In this document: positions 9,189 through 18,132 of the stretch, in pieces
How the letters are laid out: every line of letters begins with the position of its first letter
Position numbering within the stretch: the first letter of the stretch is position 1
NCBI GenBank assembly: GCA_963718525.1
Contig: OY970355.1
Span: 2,304,001-2,368,000 of the forward strand
DNA: 64,000 bases
From: Candidatus Dormiibacterota bacterium
GTDB lineage: Bacteria; Chloroflexota; Dormibacteria; Aeolococcales; Aeolococcaceae
Direction of reading: 5' to 3'
The notes under the pieces: model-generated
What the model was told of the DNA's origin: nothing
Database searches by the model: none
Seen by the model: the letters and a program-made list of their open reading frames with translations, nothing else
Translations under genes and position numbers: made by a program

Positions 9189-10196
9189 TCAGAGCTTCCC
9201 GGCAATCAGCTGGACCACGTCGATGACGCGGCATGAGTAGCCCCACTCGTTGTCGTACCAGGACAAGAGCTTTGCGGTGTGCTCGCCGATCATCATCGTG
9301 CTGAGCGCATCCAAGATCGACGAGTGGCTGTTCTTCAGGTAATCCGAGGACACGAGCGGCTCGTCGCTGACGTCGAGAATTCCCTTGAGCCAGGTGTTTG
9401 CGGCTTCGCGCATCGAGGCGTTGATCGTCTCAACCGTGGCTGGAGTTGACAGAGTCAAGGTCAGATCAACGAGGCTGACATTCGGCACTGGCACGCGAAG
9501 TGCCAAGCCGTGGAACTTGCCCTTGAGTTCCGGCATGACCAGCGCCACCGCCTTGGCAGCACCGGTCGTGGTGGGGATGATCGACAACGCCGCCGCCCGC
9601 GCCCGGCGGAGGTCCTTGTGCGGTGCGTCGAGGATGACCTGATCACCCGTGTAGGCGTGCACGGTGGTCATGAAGCCGGCCTCGATGCCGAATGTGTCCG
9701 ACATCACCTTGGCCACCGGAGCGAGGCAGTTCGTGGTACACGAGGCATTGGAGACGACGTGATGTCGCAAGGGGTCATATGAGTCGTGGTTCACGCCCAT
9801 GCAGATGGTGATGTCCTCATTCTTGGCCGGGGCGGTGATGACCACCTTCCGCGCACCGGCGTCGATATGAGCTCGAGCCTTATCCGCATCGGTGAAGTGG
9901 CCGGTCAACTCGACGACGATATCGACGCCAAGATCACCCCAAGGGAGATTCTTCGGCTCGCGCTCGGCGAAGACTTTGACGGTCCGCCCGTCCAGGATGA
10001 TCGAATCGCTTCCAGGTGTCACGGTACCCGGGAAGCGGCCGAATACGCTGTCGTGAGTGAGCAGATGCGCAAGCGTCTCCGGGGTCGTTATGTCATTGAC
10101 CGCGATCACGTCGAAGTCGGTCCCGCGCTCGCGAGCCGCACGCACGATATCGCGTCCGATGCGTCCGAACCCGTTAATTCCGATCTTTACGGTCAT
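9189..10196 (-). CDS. gap: Type I glyceraldehyde-3-phosphate dehydrogenase
   Basis: GINGFGRIGR, SNASCTTNCLAP, WYDNEWGYS. Confidence 0.98.
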   Translation of the reverse strand: MTVKIGINGFGRIGRDIVRAARERGTDFDVIAVNDITTPETLAHLLTHDSVFGRFPGTVTPGSDSIILDGRTVKVFAEREPKNLPWGDLGVDIVVELTGHFTDADKARAHIDAGARKVVITAPAKNEDITICMGVNHDSYDPLRHHVVSNASCTTNCLAPVAKVMSDTFGIEAGFMTTVHAYTGDQVILDAPHKDLRRARAAALSIIPTTTGAAKAVALVMPELKGKFHGLALRVPVPNVSLVDLTLTLSTPATVETINASMREAANTWLKGILDVSDEPLVSSDYLKNSHSSILDALSTMMIGEHTAKLLSWYDNEWGYSCRVIDVVQLIAGKL

Positions 10197-10332
10197 GCTG
10201 AGCTCCCGTGGGTTGGTTCCTCAGTCAACCGTAGGGATCGCGGGGTGGCGAAGCCAGAGCCCTTTGACCATTATTTCGAAGGGCGAAAGTCCGAGCACGG
10301 GGTTCACCGCGCATCAGCGCCTTGCGACTAGC

Positions 10333-11361
10333 TGTAGTGCCCATAGAGGTTGTTGACAAAGAGAGAGCCCCGCGGCTGAGTTTGGGTTGTTGAAATCCAC
10401 CCAGACGGAGGCTCTCCGGTGTCCCATCCTAAGGCGGTACTCACCCCAGTAGGCAGGCTGATTCTGGTTCAGCGAATTGCCCAAGGACGTCCCGCGGCGC
10501 ACGTCGCCGGCGAGATGGGCGTGTCCCGGGCGACGGCGTACAAGTGGTGGCATCGGTACGTCCGAGAGGGCGAGGCGGGTCTGCTCGATCGGAGCTCCCG
10601 GCCGCTGCGCAGCCCACGGCGGACATCGGCGCGGGTGGAGCGCCGGATCGAGGCTTTGCGACGCCGCACCAAGCTCGGTCCAGTCCGGATCGCCGTCCGC
10701 CTGCAGATGCCGGCCTCGACCGTCCATCGCGTGTTGGTGCGCCGGCAGTTGAATCGGCTGAGTTGGATGGATCGACCCACGGGACGCGTGATTCGTCGCT
10801 ACGAGCACGAACACCCGGGCGACCTGGTCCACGTCGATGTCAAGAAGCTGGGGCGGATCCCGCCCGGCGGTGGCTGGCGTGTGCACGGGCGCCTCGGACA
10901 TCCCTCCACCGGTGTCGGCTACGACTACATCCACTCCGCGGTGGACGATCACTCACGGCTTGCCTACTCGGAGATCTGCAGCGACGAAAAAGGTCCGACT
11001 GCCGCTGCATTCTGGGTTCGTGCCACGGGGTTCTTCGCGGCCCACGGCATCGCGGTGCAACGTGTGCTCACCGACAACGCCTTCGCCTACCGGAACTCCG
11101 TCATCTTCCGAGCCGCGGTGCTCCAAAGTGGCGCGGTGCAGCGCTTCACGCAGCCGCGCCGGCCTCAGACCAACGGCAAGGTCGAGCGCTTCAACCGGAC
11201 CTTGCTTGAAGAATGGGCATACGTTCGACCCTATGCCTCAAATCAGCGACGCGCCCAGGCCTTGACGACCTGGCTGCACATCTACAACCATCACCGTGCC
11301 CACACCAGTCTCGGTCAGCTCCCACCCATCTCACGCCTCAACAACGTGTCTGGGCATTACA
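10333..11361 (+). mobile_element. IS481-family insertion sequence, 1029 bp, apparently intact
   Basis: TGT...ACA ends; 24-bp IRs with 20/24 match (TGTAGTGCCCATAGAGGTTGTTGA vs TGTAATGCCCAGACACGTTGTTGA); 6-bp target duplication ACTAGC at 10327-10332 and 11362-11367. Confidence 0.93.
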
Positions 11362-11366
11362 ACTAG
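10419..11366 (+). CDS. IS481-family DDE transposase
   Basis: N-terminal HTH; HVDVKKLG, DDHSRLAY, LTDNA and PQTNGKVERFNRTL motifs. Confidence 0.95.
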   Translation: MSHPKAVLTPVGRLILVQRIAQGRPAAHVAGEMGVSRATAYKWWHRYVREGEAGLLDRSSRPLRSPRRTSARVERRIEALRRRTKLGPVRIAVRLQMPASTVHRVLVRRQLNRLSWMDRPTGRVIRRYEHEHPGDLVHVDVKKLGRIPPGGGWRVHGRLGHPSTGVGYDYIHSAVDDHSRLAYSEICSDEKGPTAAAFWVRATGFFAAHGIAVQRVLTDNAFAYRNSVIFRAAVLQSGAVQRFTQPRRPQTNGKVERFNRTLLEEWAYVRPYASNQRRAQALTTWLHIYNHHRAHTSLGQLPPISRLNNVSGHYN

Positions 11367-11421
11367 CGACGACGCGCGGCGCGGGCTTTGCGGTGGAGCT
11401 TGACCGTTGTGGACGGCACTA

Positions 11422-11435
11422 GGGACCAAAGCCTC
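11422..11435. promoter_or_regulatory. DosR/DevR-like box upstream of USP
   Basis: GGGACCAAAGCCTC inside the imperfect palindrome CTAGGGACCAAAGCCTCTAG; resembles the mycobacterial GGGACTWWAGTCCC core. Confidence 0.55.
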
Positions 11436-11488
11436 TAGACAGGCCGCTGGTCTGGTTATTAAGTGGGCCTCGACACAGCAATCCTCGG

Positions 11489-12076
11489 ATGGCCAAGGCG
11501 AACCTGATGAACACGCAGACGATCGTGGTGGGAGTGAATGGATCGGCGGCATCGGACGCCGCACTCGAATGGGCAATCAAGGAGGCAGCACCCCGCGGCG
11601 CCGAGATCATCGCGGTGCATGTGCTCAAGCCGCTCGGCGCTTACGGGGGCACGACTGTGAGGGACGTTCGTCTGCGCGAGTTCGACTACCTGGGCGACGA
11701 TATCCGGTCCAATGTCAAGAAGGAGTTGTTTGGACCTCTGACCAGGACGGATATCACGCATCGGATAGTCGTCGTTGAAGGGCATCCAGCATCACGGATC
11801 TTGCAGGTCGCCGACACCGAGGACGCAGACCTCATCGTGGTCGGCAACGGGCTGCACAGCACGATGGAGGATCTCTTCCTCGGGAGTGTCGCCCACGAGT
11901 TGAGCCACAAAGCTCGGCGTCCCTTCGCGTTGATTCCTTCCGCCATGCACCATGGAGCCATCGACGCCATTGGGCGAGATCGACGAACCGCCCCGGTGCC
12001 GAGGCAGACTGGGTCGCATCGAACCGGGGACCGTGTCGTCGAGGTCGCAGCGGTAGCTCCCGAGCTGATTCGGTAG
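11489..12076 (+). CDS. Universal stress protein (UspA family)
   Basis: IVVGVNGSAASDAALEWA, EGHPA, DLIVVG...LGSVAHEL. Confidence 0.9.
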   Translation: MAKANLMNTQTIVVGVNGSAASDAALEWAIKEAAPRGAEIIAVHVLKPLGAYGGTTVRDVRLREFDYLGDDIRSNVKKELFGPLTRTDITHRIVVVEGHPASRILQVADTEDADLIVVGNGLHSTMEDLFLGSVAHELSHKARRPFALIPSAMHHGAIDAIGRDRRTAPVPRQTGSHRTGDRVVEVAAVAPELIR

Positions 12077-12255
12077 CTTGGCGACGACGTTAGTCCAGCG
12101 AACTCAGCTCGCTAGGACTGCGCGTCCGTCTGTCTTCCGGCGGCTCCCAGTTGGGGGCGACGGCGGGGCCGGCCACCCGAGCGGCGACCCTTGCCGGAGA
12201 CGCAGTAACTCAGCCGCGATCCCATCGGCCCACGTTCCTACCGTACTGCCCTGTA

Positions 12256-12277
12256 CTTGATGACCATCGGCCCTTGC
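12256..12277. promoter_or_regulatory. DosR/DevR-like box, copy 2 (CTTGATGACCATCGGCCCTTGC)
   Basis: 20/22 identical to 8186-8207. Confidence 0.65.
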
Positions 12278-12338
12278 CCGGGTCGCCTCCATATGTTCTG
12301 CTGGAGAGAAGCAGCCGAATGTTGAGGAGGTTCGAACC

Positions 12339-12497
12339 GTGAACGTCACCACGATCCCTACCACAACTAGTCACGGCATGCGACGTCTCGTCCTCGGTAG
12401 CGTCTCGACGAAGATTCTCCATTCCGGGCATACGCCTGTGCTCGTCGTTCCGGCAGCCAGAGACAACCGCGTCGCGCCCAAAACGGAATCGCAATGA
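12339..12497 (+). CDS. 52-aa mini-USP / USP C-terminal fragment
   Basis: Below the ORF-track cutoff. RBS GAGGAGG; MNVTTIPTTTSHGMRRLVLGSVSTKILHSGHTPVLVVPAA...; stop overlaps the CBS gene start (ATGA). Confidence 0.65.
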   Translation: MNVTTIPTTTSHGMRRLVLGSVSTKILHSGHTPVLVVPAARDNRVAPKTESQ

Positions 12498-13108
12498 CCA
12501 CCTCCCTCGACCCGACACGTCGCTTCCGAGTTGACGAGGTCATGACCCGGGATGTCACGACCGTCTCGACCTCAACGCCGATCAAGGAAGCGGTTCGGGT
12601 TATGAAGAGCAATCGCATCAGCGCCCTCCCGGTAATCGGCCTGGACGGTGCGCTAGTCGGGATCCTTTCGGAGAGCGACTTCATAAGCAAACGTGTTGAT
12701 GCCGAGGTGGTCGGAGAGCTCATGACGTCGCCCGTCGCAACAGTAGCTGCGGACGATATTGTCCCGACTGCAGCGCGCACGCTGCTCGCTCGAAACGTGA
12801 AGAGCCTCCCCGTCGTTGACGGCGCTGGGAGGGTTGTCGGCATCGTCAGCCGCGGCGACCTTTTGAAGGTATTCCTGCGGCGTGATGAGGACATCAGGAG
12901 CGACGTCCAGGCGAGCATCGCTCGCTCAGTCATGGGTGGCGTACGCGGGGTCATCGAGGTTGGCGTGATTGATGGAGTGGTCACCCTGACCGGCACCGTC
13001 GACACTGCCCGAGCAGCCGAGAGTGCGGTCACCGCGGCGGTCGCGGTGACTGGCGTGATCCACGTCCGCCGCGACGATCTGAGAATACGAACAGATTCGG
13101 TTCGTTGA
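12494..13108 (+). CDS. CBS-pair + BON domain protein
   Basis: VDEVMTRDV, ISALPVI, LPVVDGAGRVVGIVSRGDLL; BON-like GVVTLTGTV...VTGVIHV. Confidence 0.9.
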   Translation: MTTSLDPTRRFRVDEVMTRDVTTVSTSTPIKEAVRVMKSNRISALPVIGLDGALVGILSESDFISKRVDAEVVGELMTSPVATVAADDIVPTAARTLLARNVKSLPVVDGAGRVVGIVSRGDLLKVFLRRDEDIRSDVQASIARSVMGGVRGVIEVGVIDGVVTLTGTVDTARAAESAVTAAVAVTGVIHVRRDDLRIRTDSVR

Positions 13109-13387
13109 TGGTCGCAAGTCACGTTCCCGGGGCTGCCTCGCGACATCGACAGTCTCGTGGGTGCGCCTCGGTCGACCGACTCCAACGTTGCGAGGACCCA
13201 ACCCCGATTCACATCACTATCGGGGATTTGGCCATGAATTACCCCGCCGTCGACGTTGGATGACTTGAGCCCGGAGCAACCTGGATCGGGATGGGATCGC
13301 CGACGGCGACTTGGCGGGGTTTGAAGCTGGCGGTGGATAGACATCTTGAGGCGGTTATCGCTAGCGCGTGAATAAAGAAGGAGCCCC

Positions 13388-14818
13388 GTGGGGGCCTCGT
13401 TACCATCTGTTGATCGCAGCCGAGCACCCGACCCGTCGGATCAGGGCGGGTTCCCCCGGGTGACGGATTCTCAGAGCGATGCTGCCCGAACCGTCGGCGT
13501 CACCGGCGCCACAGGCTTTGTCGGACGTGAGCTTGTCCCACGCCTCATGGAAGCCGGCTACATCGTCCGTCGCCTTGGCCGTCACCCCGAGACGTTCAAT
13601 AGTTTGGAGGGCGTCGAAGATCGGCGCTTCGACCTCGATGACGAACGACCGGACGCGGCAGCGCTCGTCGGGGTCGACACGATCTTCTACCTGGTCCATG
13701 CCATGGGCGGCGGCGGAGGGTTCGCCGCTCGCGACCGCGCGTACGCGGAGCGTTTTGTCGGTGCGGCGCGAACGGCTGGTGTCCGCCACGTGATCTATCT
13801 CGGCGGGCTGTATCCTAAGGGGACCGCACTGAGCGAGCATCTGGCCAGCCGCCGCGAGGTAGGAGACATCCTCCGGCGTGGGTGCGGTGCACTGCACGTG
13901 CGTGCGGGCATCATTATTGGCCCTGGGAGCGCGTCGTTCGAGATGATGTGTGATCTGGTCCGGCGCCTCCCCGTCATGGTGACGCCGCGCTGGGTCGGCA
14001 ACCGTTGCCAGGCGGTCGAACTCAGCGACGCCATCGCCGCGCTGGTAGGGGCGGTGGATGTAGCCGGCAATCGCGAAATCGATTTGGCTGGTCCTGACGT
14101 GCTGACATACCGCGAGATGCTCCAGCGAATGGCTCTTGCGTTGGGCGTGCGCCGCCGCCTGATCATCGGCGTCCCAGTGCTGACACCCCGGCTCTCGGCA
14201 CACTGGCTGCGCTTCGTGACCTCCGTGTCCCTTCCGGTCGCCCGGGCACTCGTGGAGAGCCTTCGTCATGACGCGCTCGCGGACGGTTCCGATCTCTTCA
14301 CCGAGGTCAGTCTGGTAGCGTGCGGCTTCGACGAAGCCGTGAGACGCGCACTCGCGAATCGTCCGCATATCGTTCACAGTGCACATACAGCGTTCTGGGA
14401 CGGTCGTCGTTACCATGTCACGCAGCGGTTTCAACTCAGCGAGGCGACGCGCCGTGACTCGCACCTCCTCGGCCGTATCGACGAGGAACTCCGCCGGCTG
14501 ACATCTCGGCTCGCACCAGGTGTGCTCCGCTGGCACGGCGACGAACTCCGCCTGGCCGGCTGGACACTATTCCGGCTCGGGCCTCCGGTGCACGACGCGG
14601 CGACATGGCAGCGCACGATCGAAGGTGGATGGCTCGTCGCCAATCCGGGCGGCGTGCTTCGCTTCTCGTGCCAGAACAGCCCCCTAGGACCAGTGATCGA
14701 AGCGAGTCTCTCCGGATACTCCCCCAGGCTCCCGCGTACCGCCTACGTCTTGGTCCAAGAGCGTTTGCATCGCATCTTGGTCACATCAGCTGTCCATCGT
14801 GCGCTGTTAACCTCGTAG
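13388..14818 (+). CDS. NAD(P)H-binding atypical SDR (YbjT-like) with C-terminal extension
   Basis: VTGATGFVG, YLVHAM, LSEHLASRREVG, GSASFEMM; likely start GTG 13460. Confidence 0.85.
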   Translation: MGASLPSVDRSRAPDPSDQGGFPRVTDSQSDAARTVGVTGATGFVGRELVPRLMEAGYIVRRLGRHPETFNSLEGVEDRRFDLDDERPDAAALVGVDTIFYLVHAMGGGGGFAARDRAYAERFVGAARTAGVRHVIYLGGLYPKGTALSEHLASRREVGDILRRGCGALHVRAGIIIGPGSASFEMMCDLVRRLPVMVTPRWVGNRCQAVELSDAIAALVGAVDVAGNREIDLAGPDVLTYREMLQRMALALGVRRRLIIGVPVLTPRLSAHWLRFVTSVSLPVARALVESLRHDALADGSDLFTEVSLVACGFDEAVRRALANRPHIVHSAHTAFWDGRRYHVTQRFQLSEATRRDSHLLGRIDEELRRLTSRLAPGVLRWHGDELRLAGWTLFRLGPPVHDAATWQRTIEGGWLVANPGGVLRFSCQNSPLGPVIEASLSGYSPRLPRTAYVLVQERLHRILVTSAVHRALLTS

Positions 14819-14970
14819 GAGCGGCGACGTCGCATTGCGTTCGGCATCGTCCGTGAAGCCGCCCTACGCCCTCAAATTGCACTTGCCAAGCAGAAGGGCC
14901 GAGTTTTCGGTCGGCATCGACTCGGCGAAGAAATACCCTTGCGCGACCGAGACGACTTGGATGCGCGCCC

Positions 14971-15366
14971 TCAGCGGGGTGTGAACGAGTCGACATCGCG
15001 CCCGACCCGGATTGCGTCGAGGAGCTCGCGGATGTCACCCGACTTGGATATGTACGCGGACACGCCGGCGACAGTCATCGCCCTGCGAATTAGCGCCTTA
15101 TCGAACGCGGAGAAGGCGATCAGGCGGGCGCCAGGCGCCACGACAACCATCTCCTTGGCGGCCCTGAGACCGCCACCGTTGGGCATGTTGACGTCGAGGA
15201 CGACCACGTCCGGCTGGCGCTGACGCACCAGCAGCACGCCATCATCGACACTGGACGCAACGCCGATCACCTCGAGATCAACCTGCTGGTCGATGATCCG
15301 TACGAGAGCTGAGAGCACTTCCGCGCTGTCGTCCACGATGATCACACGTAGTCGCGTACCGTTCAC
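14971..15366 (-). CDS. Single-domain response regulator (receiver only, NarL-like)
   Basis: IVDD, PDVVVLDVNMP, FS and YISK motifs; no output domain in 131 aa. Confidence 0.9.
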   Translation of the reverse strand: MNGTRLRVIIVDDSAEVLSALVRIIDQQVDLEVIGVASSVDDGVLLVRQRQPDVVVLDVNMPNGGGLRAAKEMVVVAPGARLIAFSAFDKALIRRAMTVAGVSAYISKSGDIRELLDAIRVGRDVDSFTPR

Positions 15367-15429
15367 TGCCGCTCACTCTGGACGCATGCGCTGCTGTATA
15401 CCGCCAGGGGCCGTCTCGTCACGGAAACG

Positions 15430-17163
15430 TCATGCCGCAGACATCTCAGCGACGGACTCCTGCTTCTGAGGCAGCCATACCTCAATGGCGGTCCCCGCTC
15501 CTTCAGCGCTGTCCAGGTGTACCCAACCGCCAAGCGCTTCCGCACGCTCACGCATGGAACTCAGCCCCAGGTGACCCGGCGGGGATCTCTTGTCGGTTCG
15601 GGGCGCGAATCCAGGGCCGTTGTCGCTGATGCGTGCACCGAACCCGCTCGCCTGATCACCGTTCAAGAACACCGTGACGGACGCGCCGCGCGCGTGCTTG
15701 CGTGCGTTCGTGAGCGCCTCGCGGATGATGCGGTAGAGCGTTGTGGCCACGATCGGGGATGGTTCCCCACTGACCTCATCCGTGAGAGTCACCACAAGAT
15801 CTTCGCCGTCGTTGAACTCAGAGATGGACTGCTCGACCGCGGCACGCAGGCCGAGTTCGAGGATGTGCGGATGGAGATCGCTCAGCATCGTCCGCATGCG
15901 CACGATCGCTCCCTCGATCGAAGATTCGATCGACGCCGCGGTCGCTTCATCGGCCTCGCCGTCCCTGTGTAACAGGAACATTCGCATCTTCGCAGCGATC
16001 ATCGACTGCAGCATGTCGTCGTGGATGATGCCCGCCACGTGCTGCCGCTCCTGCTCCTGAATAGTCACAAGCCGGAGGAGGAGCTTGGTGCGTTCATCGT
16101 TGGAGCGGTGGAGGTCTTCGAGGCTGTCGACGAGCGCCCGAGTTCGCTCGTCAACCTTCAGATCAAGATCCTCGTTCTTGCGCGCGACCTGTTCGTTCAA
16201 TGAGTGGGTCTCACGGGCGAACAGATACTGCCTTGCCAGCACGACCGTGATGGTGAGGATGAGATCCCATTCCAGCACACGGTCGAGCGATCCGCCGATG
16301 AACTCAGTCACCACAGCTGCGACGCCCGCGGCAGCGACGGTGAGATATGGCAGCATCAGAGTCCAACGTGGTTGGCGGATCGCCTCGTCCCCGGGGTGCG
16401 CCGACGTGCTCAGCGCGCGCAGTGCGGCGAGGCCGATGAGCGCGTATCCCATGGTCCAGCCGAGATCGGGGAAGTTCACCGACGTGTAGCTCTGGAGGGT
16501 CGTGAGGAAGGCGAACGAGCTGTCGGCGACGGCATTGAGTAGGACGCCGAACGCAAGGAGCACGAGCGGCAGTCGCTGTCCGACGTGCAGGCGCGAGAGC
16601 GTGAGAACCACGATGGTCACCATGGCGATATCGCTGATCGGGTAGGCGAGACCGACGATCTGCGCAAAGGTGCTCACTGAGGACGACGCGTACACGGGTC
16701 CGAGCACCACGTCCCAGCTGATGAAGAGCAAGGCTCCGGCAATCATGATGCCGTCGAGCGCCGTTCGCAGCCTCGCGTCGTTGGTGGTGGCGCCTCCGGG
16801 AAGGCGGAGCAGGCCGGCAATCGCAAACGGTACTGAAAGCAGGTAGCCGAGATCTGGGAACGACGGAAACAGGTCCGCGGGGTTCAGGTGGAGAAAGACT
16901 TCCTGATAGGTCCAGGCCGCCTGGCCGAGACCCCACAGGCCTGCGGCGATGCCGACCAGACCCCAAGCTTGTCTGATACGACCCCGGCCTCGAAGCGCTG
17001 TGATGATGCAGGCCGTCGCCGCCAGGAGTGCCGACAAGGTCTCTGAGTAGTCGTCGACGACGGTCGTCTGTCGCAGTTGTGGTGCGACGACGAGCATTAC
17101 GCAGTTGATGGCTCCCACGACGACCACAGCCGCGACGAGCAGGCGAAAGGGGCGCCTTCCCAT
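15430..17163 (-). CDS. Membrane sensor histidine kinase (multi-TM N-terminus, HisKA_3-type)
   Basis: About 9 TM helices; ERQHVAGIIHDD, EALTNARKHA, DNGPGF, GHLGLSSMRERA. Confidence 0.92.
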   Translation of the reverse strand: MGRRPFRLLVAAVVVVGAINCVMLVVAPQLRQTTVVDDYSETLSALLAATACIITALRGRGRIRQAWGLVGIAAGLWGLGQAAWTYQEVFLHLNPADLFPSFPDLGYLLSVPFAIAGLLRLPGGATTNDARLRTALDGIMIAGALLFISWDVVLGPVYASSSVSTFAQIVGLAYPISDIAMVTIVVLTLSRLHVGQRLPLVLLAFGVLLNAVADSSFAFLTTLQSYTSVNFPDLGWTMGYALIGLAALRALSTSAHPGDEAIRQPRWTLMLPYLTVAAAGVAAVVTEFIGGSLDRVLEWDLILTITVVLARQYLFARETHSLNEQVARKNEDLDLKVDERTRALVDSLEDLHRSNDERTKLLLRLVTIQEQERQHVAGIIHDDMLQSMIAAKMRMFLLHRDGEADEATAASIESSIEGAIVRMRTMLSDLHPHILELGLRAAVEQSISEFNDGEDLVVTLTDEVSGEPSPIVATTLYRIIREALTNARKHARGASVTVFLNGDQASGFGARISDNGPGFAPRTDKRSPPGHLGLSSMRERAEALGGWVHLDSAEGAGTAIEVWLPQKQESVAEMSAA

Positions 17164-17339
17164 TGGTAGGTCTAGTGTCGCGGCCCGCGACGCTCAGGAC
17201 GGTGCTGGTGATAAGTCGTTGACGTGACGATCGAGCGCACGGCCGCGCTCGGATCACCGGCTTACTCGTCGCCTCCGGGTCGACGGTGACCTGGCCCGCA
17301 TTGATGAAGCGCCGGTGGTAATCATTGCCGAACGGGCAG

Positions 17340-17870
17340 GGAAAGATTCCGAACATGGTGTTGATCAGCGAACGTCCGGCAGAGGTTGAGGATCGTGCCG
17401 TCCGCTTTAGTGGGACGGCGATTTGATCATGGGATCGCGAAAGACGTACATCGGCACGCTCGTCGAACGCACGAGCCGCTACGTGATGTTGCTCAAGCTC
17501 GAGAAGAACACTGCGGGGCAAGTGCGGACCGCCATGAGCGCCAAGATCCTGTCGCTGCCGACGGAGCTTCGGCGCAGCGTGACCTGGGATCGAGGGACCG
17601 AGATGTGTCAGCACCTGCAATTCACGGTCGACACTGGCGTCCACGTCTATTTCTGCGACCCGAAGAGTCCCTGGCAACGGGGGACCAACGAGAACACCAA
17701 CGGTCTCTTGCGCCAATACTTTCCGAAGGGCACCGACCTCTCAGCTCACAGCCCAGCTGCACTCGACGCCGTGGCACGGGAGCTCAACGAGCGGCCTCGA
17801 CAAACGCTCGGATGGATGACACCCTTGGCGCGGCTCGCTCAGCTTGCTGCAACGACGCCGTGAGTCCAAG
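17340..17870 (+). pseudogene. IS30-family transposase remnant (5'-truncated, frameshifted)
   Basis: KIPNMVLISERPAEVEDRAV then a frameshift to WDGDLIMG...TLVERTSR...TWDRGTEM...SPWQRGTNENTNGLLRQYFPKG. Confidence 0.88.
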
Positions 17871-18132
17871 GCAGATATTTGACACCGCGGGTCCACGAGA
17901 GTTTGACGGTGTGTGGCGCCCCCCTTGATGCCTGACACAGCCGACCTCCCCTCTAGTCCGCTCGTCCGTAGCCGGCCACGGGATTCATCTGACGCTCTCG
18001 GGTGCGCGATGAACGCGAAGGGTAGTGGTCACCAGCCGACGCGCCTAGCCAAAAACGTAGGATCTCGCTGTCCAGAGGTCTGCCCGCTGCGCAGAACGTC
18101 GGATAGGTTCCTAGGTACCAAAGGATGTCGGT

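Noticed and set aside
14971-15366. This response regulator as the DosR-like box binder
   Set aside because: It has no DNA-binding domain.
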